Below, piece after piece: positions 36,938 through 46,381 of a stretch of DNA of 64,000 nt. Position 1 is the first letter of the stretch. Every line of letters starts with the position of its first letter. This stretch comes from a virus. The position numbers and the translations under genes were made by a program. The stretch spans positions 1 through 64,000 of IMG/VR virus record IMGVR_UViG_3300032116_000057; one strand, written 5' to 3'. Under the pieces are notes generated by a model. It saw nothing but the letters and a program-made list of their open reading frames with translations, was not told the DNA's origin and did no database searches.

Positions 36938-36955
36938 CAACAGAAAGGGGTAGCC

Positions 36956-37207
36956 ATGGATAAAGAAATGTACTACAACATAGTTGTATCATTTCATATG
37001 CAAGTTGCAAAATGGCGCGTTGATGACCCCACCAACAAAGATAACTGGGAGTATTCCCTTGAGATCTATGATCGTAATCAAGGTAGGTGGATAAACATCA
37101 ATGACCTTAAAAGACCGGGCGAGTTTAGCTACGTATATGACGTTAAACTCAATCCGGTACAAGAAGTAAAACCTCCGGGAGCACCGGAGGTTCTAGACGG
37201 AGAGTAG
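36956..37207 (+). CDS. Hypothetical protein
   Basis: AGAAAGG SD. Confidence 0.6.
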   Translation: MDKEMYYNIVVSFHMQVAKWRVDDPTNKDNWEYSLEIYDRNQGRWININDLKRPGEFSYVYDVKLNPVQEVKPPGAPEVLDGE

Positions 37208-37241
37208 CCTATTAGAGCTTACTCCGCTAGTATACAGCAGT

Positions 37242-37490
37242 ATGAAGGGAGATAGGAACATGCTGTATATGCAAGTTAGAGACAAGCATATCCAAAAGCT
37301 AGTTAAAGCTCTTGAAGATGCGGGTCTCGAGGTATCCAGAACCAAAGGTAAGCAGCACGTTAGAGTGCGTAATCCAAAGACGGGTAAAATTGTCTTCTTT
37401 GGCGCTGCTTCACTTGGTGATTGGAGAGCCTCAAAAAACATCCTACGTGACCTAAAGCATGTAGGATATAACAGTAATAAACTCGGATAA
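37242..37490 (+). CDS. HicA-like toxin / dsRBD-fold RNase (start may be 37260 or 37269)
   Basis: KLVKALEDAG..V.RTKG..H.RV.NP..G..V....S.GDWRA.KNI.RDL. Confidence 0.65.
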   Translation: MKGDRNMLYMQVRDKHIQKLVKALEDAGLEVSRTKGKQHVRVRNPKTGKIVFFGAASLGDWRASKNILRDLKHVGYNSNKLG

Positions 37491-37504
37491 GAATAGGAAA
37501 CACA

Positions 37505-37786
37505 ATGCCACGAAAAGTAAAACAACGTGTCAAAGTAAACCTACGCCAAAATCTTGAAAAAGGTGGCGCATGGTTATGTGAAATCCTGTTTCTAGATGAA
37601 ACAGATACCACAGTCTCAGTAAATATGACAGCATGGAAAAATGCGTCTGCTGCTAAACGCCATATCAAATCTATCATCTCTACATCTACACCTAGAAAGA
37701 GCATCAAGCTTTTAGGAAGTGTTGTAGACGAGAAAGGTAAGCCTACGTATTTCGCAGGTGATATGACTTACTCAGTGGCGGCATAA
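37505..37786 (+). CDS. Hypothetical basic protein
   Basis: ORF with AGGA SD. Confidence 0.6.
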   Translation: MPRKVKQRVKVNLRQNLEKGGAWLCEILFLDETDTTVSVNMTAWKNASAAKRHIKSIISTSTPRKSIKLLGSVVDEKGKPTYFAGDMTYSVAA

Positions 37787-37788
37787 CC

Positions 37789-37890
37789 ATGACTAAAACA
37801 GAATGCACACTGTGCTACGGGAAAGGCTACACTGGTTGGACATCCCCCGATGGAGATTACTCTATTGAAACCTGTGAATGCCAAAACTAA
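37789..37890 (+). CDS. Tiny Zn-finger peptide
   Basis: Manual ORF MTKTECTLCYGKG..ETCECQN. Confidence 0.55.
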   Translation: MTKTECTLCYGKGYTGWTSPDGDYSIETCECQN

Positions 37891-37923
37891 AATCTTCTCC
37901 TGATAGCCCTGTCTAAATAATTA

Positions 37924-37948
37924 AGCCCCCGCCTTTATGGCGGGGGCT
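37924..37948. terminator. Bidirectional terminator at convergence of early and replication blocks
   Basis: agcccccgcc-tttat-ggcgggggct. Confidence 0.75.
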
Positions 37949-37972
37949 AATGTTTGTGTTGGCGATTTTTGC

Positions 37973-38110
37973 CTAGTCTTTATGGAACTCTTCAAACTCG
38001 TCTTCTAAGTCTTCCAAATCTTCTAAATCTTCAATATCCCCTAATTCATCAGGCCATTCATCTTCAAATTCATCTTCAAATAGATCTGGATCTAGGTTAT
38101 CTTCTTGCAT
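37973..38110 (-). CDS. Very acidic 45-aa protein
   Basis: Manual ORF MQEDNLDPDLFEDEFEDEWPDELGDIEDLEDLEDLEDEFEEFHKD; AAGGAG SD. Confidence 0.65.
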   Translation of the reverse strand: MQEDNLDPDLFEDEFEDEWPDELGDIEDLEDLEDLEDEFEEFHKD

Positions 38111-38121
38111 GTGCTCTCTCC

Positions 38122-40155
38122 TTATTTTGTATTATCTTTGATTAGTTTTACTTCGCAAGCATCTGTGGTGCAGTATGCTTCACCAACGGCGTCTGCCGCC
38201 ATGCCAGCATATACTCCCGCAAAGTCTATAGGAAATAATGTCATAGTTGCTTCATCATACTCTTCTTTTGTAATTTGAGTATAAGGCATCTGTGGGTATA
38301 CAGAATTACCTGACGGGAGGAACGAGACTGTCTTCAGCTGGCCATCGTACATATGCAATACTGTGCCTATGTGATTACTTTCAGTTTCGGGGTCAAAGCT
38401 GATAGTTACAGATACCGAGTTATCAGACCAATGCCTTTGGGCTGTAGCCGCTAATCCAATTTTCTCATAGATAGAGACTTCTTTCTCTGACCTGACTGCA
38501 TTTGACTCAATTGGGAAGAATACAACGGACGTTGTGTCTGGTGATTCTGATGCGGGCTCAACCCTATACATTGCCATCTTAAATAGTGGGAGCATAGGGT
38601 CTGAGTTGGCAAATCTTATGGCTCTTAAGAAGTACTTTCCACCTACTGGCCAGTGAACTCCCGGAGATTCTCCTGCTAAAATACTGACTGTTCCTGACGG
38701 CTTAACCGTGGTCATTTTAATTGACTCTCGGATACCTAACCATTCTGAATATGATTGATCATAGTTCTTAATTACTTCATATCCCGCATCCATCCAGGAT
38801 CTGAGCTCCGGTAAACCTTTATTGTCCGCAAAGTTGGCGACTCCACTTATAGATGTTCCAATACGACGATTGCGCTGCATAATTGCATTTGTCTCTTCCC
38901 AGTGAGTAGGGAGTAGAGTTACGGTCTTAGCATAGAGATACGCAAACTTAAGGGTTCTCTTAAAGTCTTCTAAACTCTCGTGACGATTTAGGTACGTTTC
39001 TACCAATGTACAGCATTCAAAAGATTCTAAAGACTGTTCGGCACAAGGGTTATAGCCTGCTGCTCTCCAGTCTTTATTGTTGATTGGGTCTGATAAACGA
39101 CCATATTGTCTAGTTACGTCCATCCAGACTACACCTGGCTCACCGTTACGAGCAATACCATCAATGATGGGAGATAAGTCTTGTCCTACAGAGACTTCCA
39201 CAGAGTTATTAGACATCCATGCCCAACCCGGTTTAGCCGGATCATAGCTATTACGTTCTGGATAAACTTCTGCATTCTTTAAGTTGAGAAAATCAGGGTC
39301 GTCAATACGACCAATAAGAAGTTCAGCGCTACGACGTACGTTACCGCTAACGACGCAAACGCCAATTAGATTACCAATATCAGCAATATCTTTGCGAGTG
39401 AGTTTTTCACCGGCTCTTCCATTAAATATACTGTGGATATAGTTATGTAGTTTTTCTAACGGTTCGTGTCCCGCCGCTGTTCCGCCAAAAGTCTTAATTG
39501 GCGTTCCCGCTGGGCGAATCTCTTTGTAATCAAATACTGGAGCCGACGAATCTGGTCTGAGGTAGGAATTGATAAGGAGGCTGACTGACTCAACCCATCC
39601 TTCTCTGGTGTCTGATACGACATATTGTTCTCCTTGCTTAGGGGCGTAGATTGTAAAGTCCTTATCCGCTCCTTTGTCGTCAAACCCCACACCAACTCCA
39701 AGCATTGATGCTTCCATTAAAAATGCAAATGGTCTAGATGGATCGACTTTCGTCATAGATAGGGTAGACACGAATGCGCAGTTCTGAAGCGCGGCAGAGT
39801 TTCGGTATTGATTTACTATGGGTGTTCCCATTACCCATAGTCCACGTCCCGGTGGAGTCCACTTTAAGTTCCACAAACGGTCAAATGCTTCTTTAGCCGA
39901 TGCTTGAGCCTTAGCGTCATTCCACGGAAGACGATTAGTTTTGGCATGCTCTTTCTGGAGAGAATACATACCGTTGATGACTCGCTCACAAACGTCTACC
40001 CATGTTTCTTTGGTTCCGTCTGTTTTTAATCTTGAGTATGTTCTTAAAAAGGTTATCTCTCCCACCGAGTTACCTGCGGCATCTTTATAGCCCCAAGGTA
40101 CTGACTTTCCTCTATATCCATTAACAAAGTCTTCGGTTAACTTAAATGAAAACAA
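38122..40155 (-). CDS. nrdJ: Class II adenosylcobalamin-dependent ribonucleotide reductase (monomeric RTPR type)
   Basis: RTYSR, PPGRGLW, NCAF, GNVRRSA, NPCAEQ, TTVKPSGTVS, C-terminal C..DAC. Confidence 0.93.
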   Translation of the reverse strand: MFSFKLTEDFVNGYRGKSVPWGYKDAAGNSVGEITFLRTYSRLKTDGTKETWVDVCERVINGMYSLQKEHAKTNRLPWNDAKAQASAKEAFDRLWNLKWTPPGRGLWVMGTPIVNQYRNSAALQNCAFVSTLSMTKVDPSRPFAFLMEASMLGVGVGFDDKGADKDFTIYAPKQGEQYVVSDTREGWVESVSLLINSYLRPDSSAPVFDYKEIRPAGTPIKTFGGTAAGHEPLEKLHNYIHSIFNGRAGEKLTRKDIADIGNLIGVCVVSGNVRRSAELLIGRIDDPDFLNLKNAEVYPERNSYDPAKPGWAWMSNNSVEVSVGQDLSPIIDGIARNGEPGVVWMDVTRQYGRLSDPINNKDWRAAGYNPCAEQSLESFECCTLVETYLNRHESLEDFKRTLKFAYLYAKTVTLLPTHWEETNAIMQRNRRIGTSISGVANFADNKGLPELRSWMDAGYEVIKNYDQSYSEWLGIRESIKMTTVKPSGTVSILAGESPGVHWPVGGKYFLRAIRFANSDPMLPLFKMAMYRVEPASESPDTTSVVFFPIESNAVRSEKEVSIYEKIGLAATAQRHWSDNSVSVTISFDPETESNHIGTVLHMYDGQLKTVSFLPSGNSVYPQMPYTQITKEEYDEATMTLFPIDFAGVYAGMAADAVGEAYCTTDACEVKLIKDNTK

Positions 40156-40167
40156 TTTACGTCCCTT

Positions 40168-41661
40168 CTAATCTTCGATATGGTCTGAGATAATCTTACT
40201 AGTTTCTGACTCGGATAGCCCATCGCCAGGCAGTTGTCTGAGGGTGTTGGCTCTGTCTCCAAATAGGGCAGACATAACACCTCCAGAGGTCTGTCTTTCG
40301 ACGGTCATCCGGACAAACTCTCGATTGTCCTCCAGTTCTTTCAGTTGCTTTACGATCTTAAATAGTCGATCAATTTCCTGCCCAGTATTGGGATCTGGAT
40401 ACCCGCCGTTTAATTCTTCGGCGTAACGAGAGAAGGCAACTCTAGCACCTTGCATCTCGATGATGGCATTGAGCAATCCCTTCAATTGGTCTTTAGTCTT
40501 AACCTCTACTGGAAGGTTGAATGCACAAGCATTATTTTCCTTAAATGCGGGGCAATTTGCTGCAACAAAACATGTATTACATTGACGCAATGAAGACTGG
40601 TTAGTTCCGAGCACATTTACGTCTCTTATCAGGTCCCTTCCATCTTCATCTTTATCTATAACTCTCTTCGTAGATACTGAAAATACGGGTAAATTCATAG
40701 TTTCTGATGGGTCTCTAGGAACTATTTTCATAGTTGCTGGGGTGTTTTCTTTCCGCATATCTAAGTCCTTGTTATCAGGTTCCAACCCTAGTGTTTCCGC
40801 AGAACCGGGAGTATCTATGTCATCACTGTTATCAGATAACAATCTTAAATGTGGTGGTTTTTTCTTGTCCAAAGATTCCTCCAGCTGCAGGTAGCTCCAA
40901 ATAGCGAGGCGAGTTACCTCGTTACTATCATCATTAATAATCTTATCGAAATCCAAACCTGCCCGTTCAATAACAGCTTTATAACGTGGCCGTGCCTGGT
41001 CTTTTTGTTTCTTTTGGTATCGTACTAGTTTAGTTCCATCCCAGACAATAGTTTCTCCTCGCATCATGGGGGATAGCCACGAGAGGGTGCTGGCGGTGGA
41101 TAGAGGCACTTGTCTTAGATTGTCTGGCTTGGCACAACCCAAACCATGGAAGTTAGTACCAAACTGCCCTTGTAGGGCCCTGGTTCTTCCGGATAACGTA
41201 GCGTCGTCTTCTATAGTATCTCCCAGAATAGCTATGTTAGCCCACTGCTCTGCTAAAGCCATTAAAGTTGGGTGCCCATGTTGTGAGTGCCATACTGGCC
41301 AGTATTTATCCCCAAGTTCAAATCCAAGAGTTTTTCGTTGCTGGGCAATCCAGTCATGACCAAGGGCAGGGGCATCAAACTCTACAACACCAGATATACG
41401 ATCATAGTTAATTGCAACCCAATCCTCGAAGTTAGCCGCATGTTCTTCTAGCTCAGCCTTACTTAGGTTGGGATTAGATCCGGCACCGGCTACATAAATC
41501 TTTACATCATCAGGATATTTCTCTGATAATAGATAGTCTTTAGTTTTAGGTAAACCGCGTTTAGCTAGGCCCCAGTAACTAACGCCTATATGTTTTACTC
41601 CACTATCAATCAAAAGAAGTCTATGAGAGGGGACTTCTCCCCCAAGAAATACTATATTCAT
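40168..41661 (-). CDS. TGT/DpdA-like TIM-barrel protein with Cys4 C-terminal domain, catalytic Asp apparently lost
   Basis: VSY, PVWH, IAILG, FHGLG, STLSW motif order; CNTC....NCP......C. Confidence 0.55.
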   Translation of the reverse strand: MNIVFLGGEVPSHRLLLIDSGVKHIGVSYWGLAKRGLPKTKDYLLSEKYPDDVKIYVAGAGSNPNLSKAELEEHAANFEDWVAINYDRISGVVEFDAPALGHDWIAQQRKTLGFELGDKYWPVWHSQHGHPTLMALAEQWANIAILGDTIEDDATLSGRTRALQGQFGTNFHGLGCAKPDNLRQVPLSTASTLSWLSPMMRGETIVWDGTKLVRYQKKQKDQARPRYKAVIERAGLDFDKIINDDSNEVTRLAIWSYLQLEESLDKKKPPHLRLLSDNSDDIDTPGSAETLGLEPDNKDLDMRKENTPATMKIVPRDPSETMNLPVFSVSTKRVIDKDEDGRDLIRDVNVLGTNQSSLRQCNTCFVAANCPAFKENNACAFNLPVEVKTKDQLKGLLNAIIEMQGARVAFSRYAEELNGGYPDPNTGQEIDRLFKIVKQLKELEDNREFVRMTVERQTSGGVMSALFGDRANTLRQLPGDGLSESETSKIISDHIED

Positions 41662-42122
41662 TCAAATCTCTTTACCTTGCTGCCCAAATCAGCATCTAAC
41701 AGAGCCAATCGTTGACGCTCTACTTCTGCAGATAATTCTTTCCAGGGCCTTACCGGACGGGTAGTTCTAACAAACTTTGGTGCAGAAAATAACAATGTAG
41801 GTACATTGTTGGCGAGCGCATAGGCACATCTATCTACATCTGGATCTATAAAAAGCTCTACTCTGCCTTGAGATCTGGCAACATCTAGCTGACGCATGCG
41901 TAGATCTTTACCCTCAAAAGCACATCTATCATCATAGATTTGGGCATAACCAACTATGAGATTAGATTTAAGCCAATGTTCTGTAAGTTCTGGGTTTTGA
42001 TCTGACCCAATAGTCATGCGGTAGTTTTGTGCTAGTACTCTATATAGTTTAATACCGTCTGGGATTGGATCCCCAACTTCGGTACACAGCACGCCTTCTA
42101 ACGATATTAACGCTGTATTCAT
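41658..42122 (-). CDS. HAD-fold protein with degenerate motif I
   Basis: LISLEGVL in place of DxDGVL; LFIDPD motif IV. Confidence 0.55.
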   Translation of the reverse strand: MNTALISLEGVLCTEVGDPIPDGIKLYRVLAQNYRMTIGSDQNPELTEHWLKSNLIVGYAQIYDDRCAFEGKDLRMRQLDVARSQGRVELFIDPDVDRCAYALANNVPTLLFSAPKFVRTTRPVRPWKELSAEVERQRLALLDADLGSKVKRFE

Positions 42123-43049
42123 CTATGGCCTTAGAGCTCTTCTGACCATAACACTTGCATCAGGGAGCTCTACGCCATACTGCTCTAGTTGACTTGCTTC
42201 TTCTGCTGCCTTTTTGTGGTCCTTAATTGTTCTTAGTGCTTGTATTACCCCAGTTCGTTTTCCAGCTTGCCATCTATAGTTATTAAAATCAGAATAGCCT
42301 TCGCCAATACGACTAAAGGCAACTTTTCTTCCAGAATGTATTTCATCAAAGAAAGCTTCAGCTTGCTCTGCAGCAAGTTTTAGTTTAGATTCGGCATTAA
42401 CTCTGTGTGCGGGGTTTTGTGCACTTCTAACCTCATTGAGCGCAGAAGAATACCTGTCTACAAGTTCTGAACCTTGTTGATAATCTCTATTAGCTTTCAA
42501 ATCCCATTCTGCATTGCGTGGCGGTGTTTCATACTTAGGCTCAACAGTCCAGTCATCTAGAATTAAATCATAGGCGGCATATGGGTTAATATTTCTAATA
42601 TCGGACTGCTCATTTACATAAAAAGTTAATTCAAATCCGTGCCAGTTTTTTGTTTTTGGAGCCAAAGCGTTATAAAACCCTTCATTTATTTCTTTGGCAA
42701 TCTCTGCGTCTGAGAATCCTATATAGTTTTTATTAGACTCTCTAAAGCTAACGTAATCTACCCCCACCAAACAATCTAAATCTCCGGGAAGCCGTGCCGC
42801 CTCCCATTGATAGGAAACCCCAGATCCGGCTAACCATGCCCTAGTCCAACTATGAGCATTGTTAAACCTTCCATCAAGGAAAGTCATTAGTAGCGTTAGA
42901 ACACCTGTTCGAATAAACGGGTGAAGCTTTTCGCCCACATCAAATAGCTTTGGGTCCAACATAGGGGATGGTGCGCTGAAATAAGAGGTAGATGCCGGTG
43001 AAATCGCGGGAATAGGTCCGCTCTTGGCTATAGCATCAATGTAACTCAT
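42123..43049 (-). CDS. Pol-beta superfamily nucleotidyltransferase
   Basis: LAGSGVSYQW...GDLDCLV, ELTFYV, AYDL..D.W. Confidence 0.7.
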   Translation of the reverse strand: MSYIDAIAKSGPIPAISPASTSYFSAPSPMLDPKLFDVGEKLHPFIRTGVLTLLMTFLDGRFNNAHSWTRAWLAGSGVSYQWEAARLPGDLDCLVGVDYVSFRESNKNYIGFSDAEIAKEINEGFYNALAPKTKNWHGFELTFYVNEQSDIRNINPYAAYDLILDDWTVEPKYETPPRNAEWDLKANRDYQQGSELVDRYSSALNEVRSAQNPAHRVNAESKLKLAAEQAEAFFDEIHSGRKVAFSRIGEGYSDFNNYRWQAGKRTGVIQALRTIKDHKKAAEEASQLEQYGVELPDASVMVRRALRP

Positions 43050-43088
43050 AGCCCTATTCTTTCACTGAGTGTGCAGGTACGTCTTGGT

Positions 43089-43334
43089 TTATTCTGCTTC
43101 AGCAGACTTTTCTAGCTGTTTAATACGGAGCACAGTATATTCAGCAGCGGCCTGTGCCTGAAGATCGCTGACGATCTCCGAGCAGAACCGGCGTACCTCC
43201 ACAAGGGAAGCTTCTCTATCTAAGTCAATAGAGAAAATCTCTGGGTTTCGTTCAACAAACATATCGCCGTTTTCATTCACTAATACGGCAAATCCGGTCT
43301 TCATCTTTGGCTTGTTTTGTGTTTCTTCAGTCAT
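43089..43334 (-). CDS. Hypothetical protein
   Basis: AAGGAG SD. Confidence 0.6.
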   Translation of the reverse strand: MTEETQNKPKMKTGFAVLVNENGDMFVERNPEIFSIDLDREASLVEVRRFCSEIVSDLQAQAAAEYTVLRIKQLEKSAEAE

Positions 43335-43342
43335 GATGCTCC

Positions 43343-43927
43343 TTATTTGTATAGGCCTTTGTCTTCACGTTGTCTTGTTACATAATATGTCTTTACTGGG
43401 CAGAAATCACAAAGATATACGTTGGTACTAGCAGACTGTGCTGCGGACTGTAAACCAACTTCTTTGCGAAGTTCTGCAGTGCTTTTAGGAATTAGACGCT
43501 TTTTGCTGTCTCTCCAATCCCCACAAGCTCCTACGGGACGCATATGTAAGTTGTAACACTTCATTGCGTCATCATAGAAAGTTGCTTTAGTTGTGTAGTA
43601 GTCTGGATCTAGATCCGCTAAACCCCCACCAACTCTAGTTCTTAAATTCTTTATGATCTCTTTTTTAAACTTTTCTTGAGACCATATTTTTACTCCGATC
43701 TTAGATAGAAAACCTGTGTGGGGAACGCCAGCGGACTGATGTTTTTCAACTAACAGCTCTAGCAGCGTATCATCTTCTGGACGACCTTCAAAGTCTGGCA
43801 ACTCTTCTATGGTCTTACAGTTAAAGCAATAGAGTAGACGAATCTTTGGACCGTCATCACGAACCTCGGTGTATGTTCCTTGGTCGGCAGGCGTGTTTCC
43901 ACTACCTAAAATAGGAATATCAGACAT
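43343..43927 (-). CDS. Hypothetical Zn-binding protein
   Basis: CFNC, C..H....C, CDFC; TAGGAT box 6 nt before ATG. Confidence 0.65.
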   Translation of the reverse strand: MSDIPILGSGNTPADQGTYTEVRDDGPKIRLLYCFNCKTIEELPDFEGRPEDDTLLELLVEKHQSAGVPHTGFLSKIGVKIWSQEKFKKEIIKNLRTRVGGGLADLDPDYYTTKATFYDDAMKCYNLHMRPVGACGDWRDSKKRLIPKSTAELRKEVGLQSAAQSASTNVYLCDFCPVKTYYVTRQREDKGLYK

Positions 43928-43948
43928 GGGCCTATCCTAGCAGGTAAT

Positions 43949-45130
43949 TTACTCGCCCCTGGTATTCCTGCGTGGTTTGCTCTGTACGGGGGCTGGAATA
44001 GCTGGTGTTGCAAGCTGAGATGTCTCGGTAAGCATCCTTTGCTCATCTGTTTCTCTATCAGAAATGGGAGTTAATCCGGCAGAAGCGGCTAGCTCGTTAA
44101 CTCTTGCCGGTCCAAAGAACTCTTCTTCAGCCACTTTTCTAAACTGAGTAGTTGGTGGAGCAGGTGGAACAAAAGAATCTGTTTTATGGACGCGTTTATG
44201 GTGGGCAATTGCTGGAACTATTAAAGATCTTGCTTCAGTACCCTCTAACCCTAAATTTTTGGCGTGATAATAGTAGGCTTCAGCACTGGGCTGCACGCTC
44301 CCATCATCTGCGGTAGACAATGATCTTAAAAGAGCTTGGTGAGCTAAATGTAGGCGGGATTTGCCGCCAGTAGCTCTAGATATAACATCAGGAATTGCAG
44401 GCAATGTGGCTTTCCACCCCGCATCAACTAAATCTTTAAAGTCTTTTTCTGAAAGCACGTCTTGAGCTTTAGGTTTTGGAGCTCTTCCTGGACCATGAGT
44501 AAGTTTTTTTCTACCCGTCCAAGGTTGAGCACCGGCTTGTTGTGCAAAACTTTCGTCTCTAAATTCACCTAATTTTTTATGTCTAGCTCTATGCACTCGA
44601 AATGCAAGTCTGTCGTCCTTTGTGATCGGATAGCTAGCAAACTCTTCTCCGCCCATATACTCAGACGCGGGAGTTGGTTCCATAGAAACTGCTGTTTCAT
44701 CCCTACTTAGTTTTAGAGCTTTTAGATGCCTATCACATACGGGCATGTGCATTTCTTGACCCGGAACTTTTATAAAGTGTCTGGCATAACCCGCATGTCT
44801 AGAACCTGGAGCATCACATTGCAATGGTTTGTGTGCTTCCGGTCTATTTCTAAATAATTTTTCTAAATAGTCAAAAGTAGGTTCATCTAATTCGCCTGTA
44901 TACGCATCTACCTGAGTTTCTTCAGGTATGCCAATTACTCTACGACGATATCCGCCAGGATGAAACTCTTCACTGAGGCCAACCTCAACGTGACCCCCAG
45001 ATTTTTCAATATCTGTTTTACCTGGTTTAATGGTATCTGGAAGCGCCTCAAACTTATCGGGAGATATGTCTGGGCCTTGTCGTTTGGCCGGTACATTACC
45101 ACCAGAACCTGGGACAACATCGTTAGCCAT
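43949..45130 (-). CDS. Hypothetical protein
   Basis: 393-aa ORF in cluster of low-complexity genes. Confidence 0.6.
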   Translation of the reverse strand: MANDVVPGSGGNVPAKRQGPDISPDKFEALPDTIKPGKTDIEKSGGHVEVGLSEEFHPGGYRRRVIGIPEETQVDAYTGELDEPTFDYLEKLFRNRPEAHKPLQCDAPGSRHAGYARHFIKVPGQEMHMPVCDRHLKALKLSRDETAVSMEPTPASEYMGGEEFASYPITKDDRLAFRVHRARHKKLGEFRDESFAQQAGAQPWTGRKKLTHGPGRAPKPKAQDVLSEKDFKDLVDAGWKATLPAIPDVISRATGGKSRLHLAHQALLRSLSTADDGSVQPSAEAYYYHAKNLGLEGTEARSLIVPAIAHHKRVHKTDSFVPPAPPTTQFRKVAEEEFFGPARVNELAASAGLTPISDRETDEQRMLTETSQLATPAIPAPVQSKPRRNTRGE

Positions 45131-45359
45131 TTTTCTTTCGCTTCTTGCCTTTGGTAAGTGCGGTAGCGTTATCTCTTAATTCTCTGTTATCACGAATTCC
45201 CATAGTTCCGGTAAACTCATTATCATCAATTGCATAGTCTGGATGATCTTTTGGTAGGGCAGCACGACGAGCAATATCTGCATTTATTTCTGCTATTAAA
45301 TCTCTCTTTTTAGGAGCAAAACTAGGACGACTGTTGTCGCGACGTGGAACATTACTCAT
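45123..45359 (-). CDS. Small basic-tailed hypothetical protein
   Basis: MSNVPRRD.. Confidence 0.6.
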   Translation of the reverse strand: MSNVPRRDNSRPSFAPKKRDLIAEINADIARRAALPKDHPDYAIDDNEFTGTMGIRDNRELRDNATALTKGKKRKKNG

Positions 45360-45735
45360 CTTGTTTCGTCATCCTTTTCATATCACGTTCTTCTTTAAAT
45401 TTACCCATTGATATTACATTATTATTGGATTCGTCTGCACCAACCATTAGATTAGCTAAACGACCCTTCCCAGCTAAACCATTTAGTACATCTGCAGTAG
45501 TATTTGGTCCAGCCTTTTTAACTCCGAATCCCATGTCATTTGCTACTAAATGCGAAGTGTCTTCTGGTTCGTAGTCGTCATCATAACTAGATTCACCAGT
45601 TACTTCGTTAATGCCTTGTTCTTTACCTAGTATGTGCTCAAAAAACGCATTTTTTCCTAAACGAAAACGCGCTTGAATATCGCCAGGACCTCTTCTAATA
45701 GGTACGACGTTAGACGGAGTGTCCTTCTCGTCCAT
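45352..45735 (-). CDS. Hypothetical protein
   Basis: Operon ORF. Confidence 0.55.
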   Translation of the reverse strand: MDEKDTPSNVVPIRRGPGDIQARFRLGKNAFFEHILGKEQGINEVTGESSYDDDYEPEDTSHLVANDMGFGVKKAGPNTTADVLNGLAGKGRLANLMVGADESNNNVISMGKFKEERDMKRMTKQDE

Positions 45736-45738
45736 GGA

Positions 45739-46011
45739 CTAGTAGGTTGGCCCCATAGTATCTTCATAAGAGTTAGAAACTCTTTGAGAAGACGATGCAG
45801 CTTTTGTAGCTAATGGGTTTACCTTAGTGGAATCTTCTTGATCAATATAATCATAGTTCCAATAAGGATGTAAGTCTTGACGGTTAGCTCTTACTAGTTC
45901 GTCGCCCTTGCCTGCAGCTACAGTTGTATTCGGACGTACCTTACGATACTTTCCATCAGTAGCGCCTTCGTTTAGGCTTTGGTTTAGTGAGCGTGATTCG
46001 TTAGTTGCCAT
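45739..46011 (-). CDS. Hypothetical protein
   Basis: Operon ORF. Confidence 0.6.
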   Translation of the reverse strand: MATNESRSLNQSLNEGATDGKYRKVRPNTTVAAGKGDELVRANRQDLHPYWNYDYIDQEDSTKVNPLATKAASSSQRVSNSYEDTMGPTY

Positions 46012-46223
46012 TAGTTATCCTTTTTCTTAGGTGCGGTTACTTGTACAGAAGGCATTGGTTCACGATATGGCTCGTTCTTTTTTGCGCCACCACTTGTCCA
46101 AGGATCTGCTGCACGGGCATCGTTATCCTTTTTAGCAGCGCTAGTAACGCTAGCTAAAAGAGCAAGTCCATTAGGTGATTTAAATCCCTTACGTATTTTA
46201 TCTCTACGAGGTACAAAACTCAT
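46011..46223 (-). CDS. Small basic hypothetical protein
   Basis: MSFVPRRDK.. Confidence 0.6.
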   Translation of the reverse strand: MSFVPRRDKIRKGFKSPNGLALLASVTSAAKKDNDARAADPWTSGGAKKNEPYREPMPSVQVTAPKKKDN

Positions 46224-46381
46224 TTTTTGCCCGCTTTCTTTTTCTTTTTGGCCTGTTTTTCCCGCTCTTTATCCGACATAGTCTTTACCTTTAAAGGTAC
46301 GATCTTTGTTTTTTTAAGTGGGCTATCCACGTCTATAGTATTACGTGTAAATACCCTTTTATCTCGTCTAACGCCCGCCAT
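46220..46381 (-). CDS. Small Lys-rich hypothetical protein
   Basis: Manual ORF MAGVRRDKRVF..KKKKKAGKK, coupled both sides. Confidence 0.55.
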   Translation of the reverse strand: MAGVRRDKRVFTRNTIDVDSPLKKTKIVPLKVKTMSDKEREKQAKKKKKAGKK

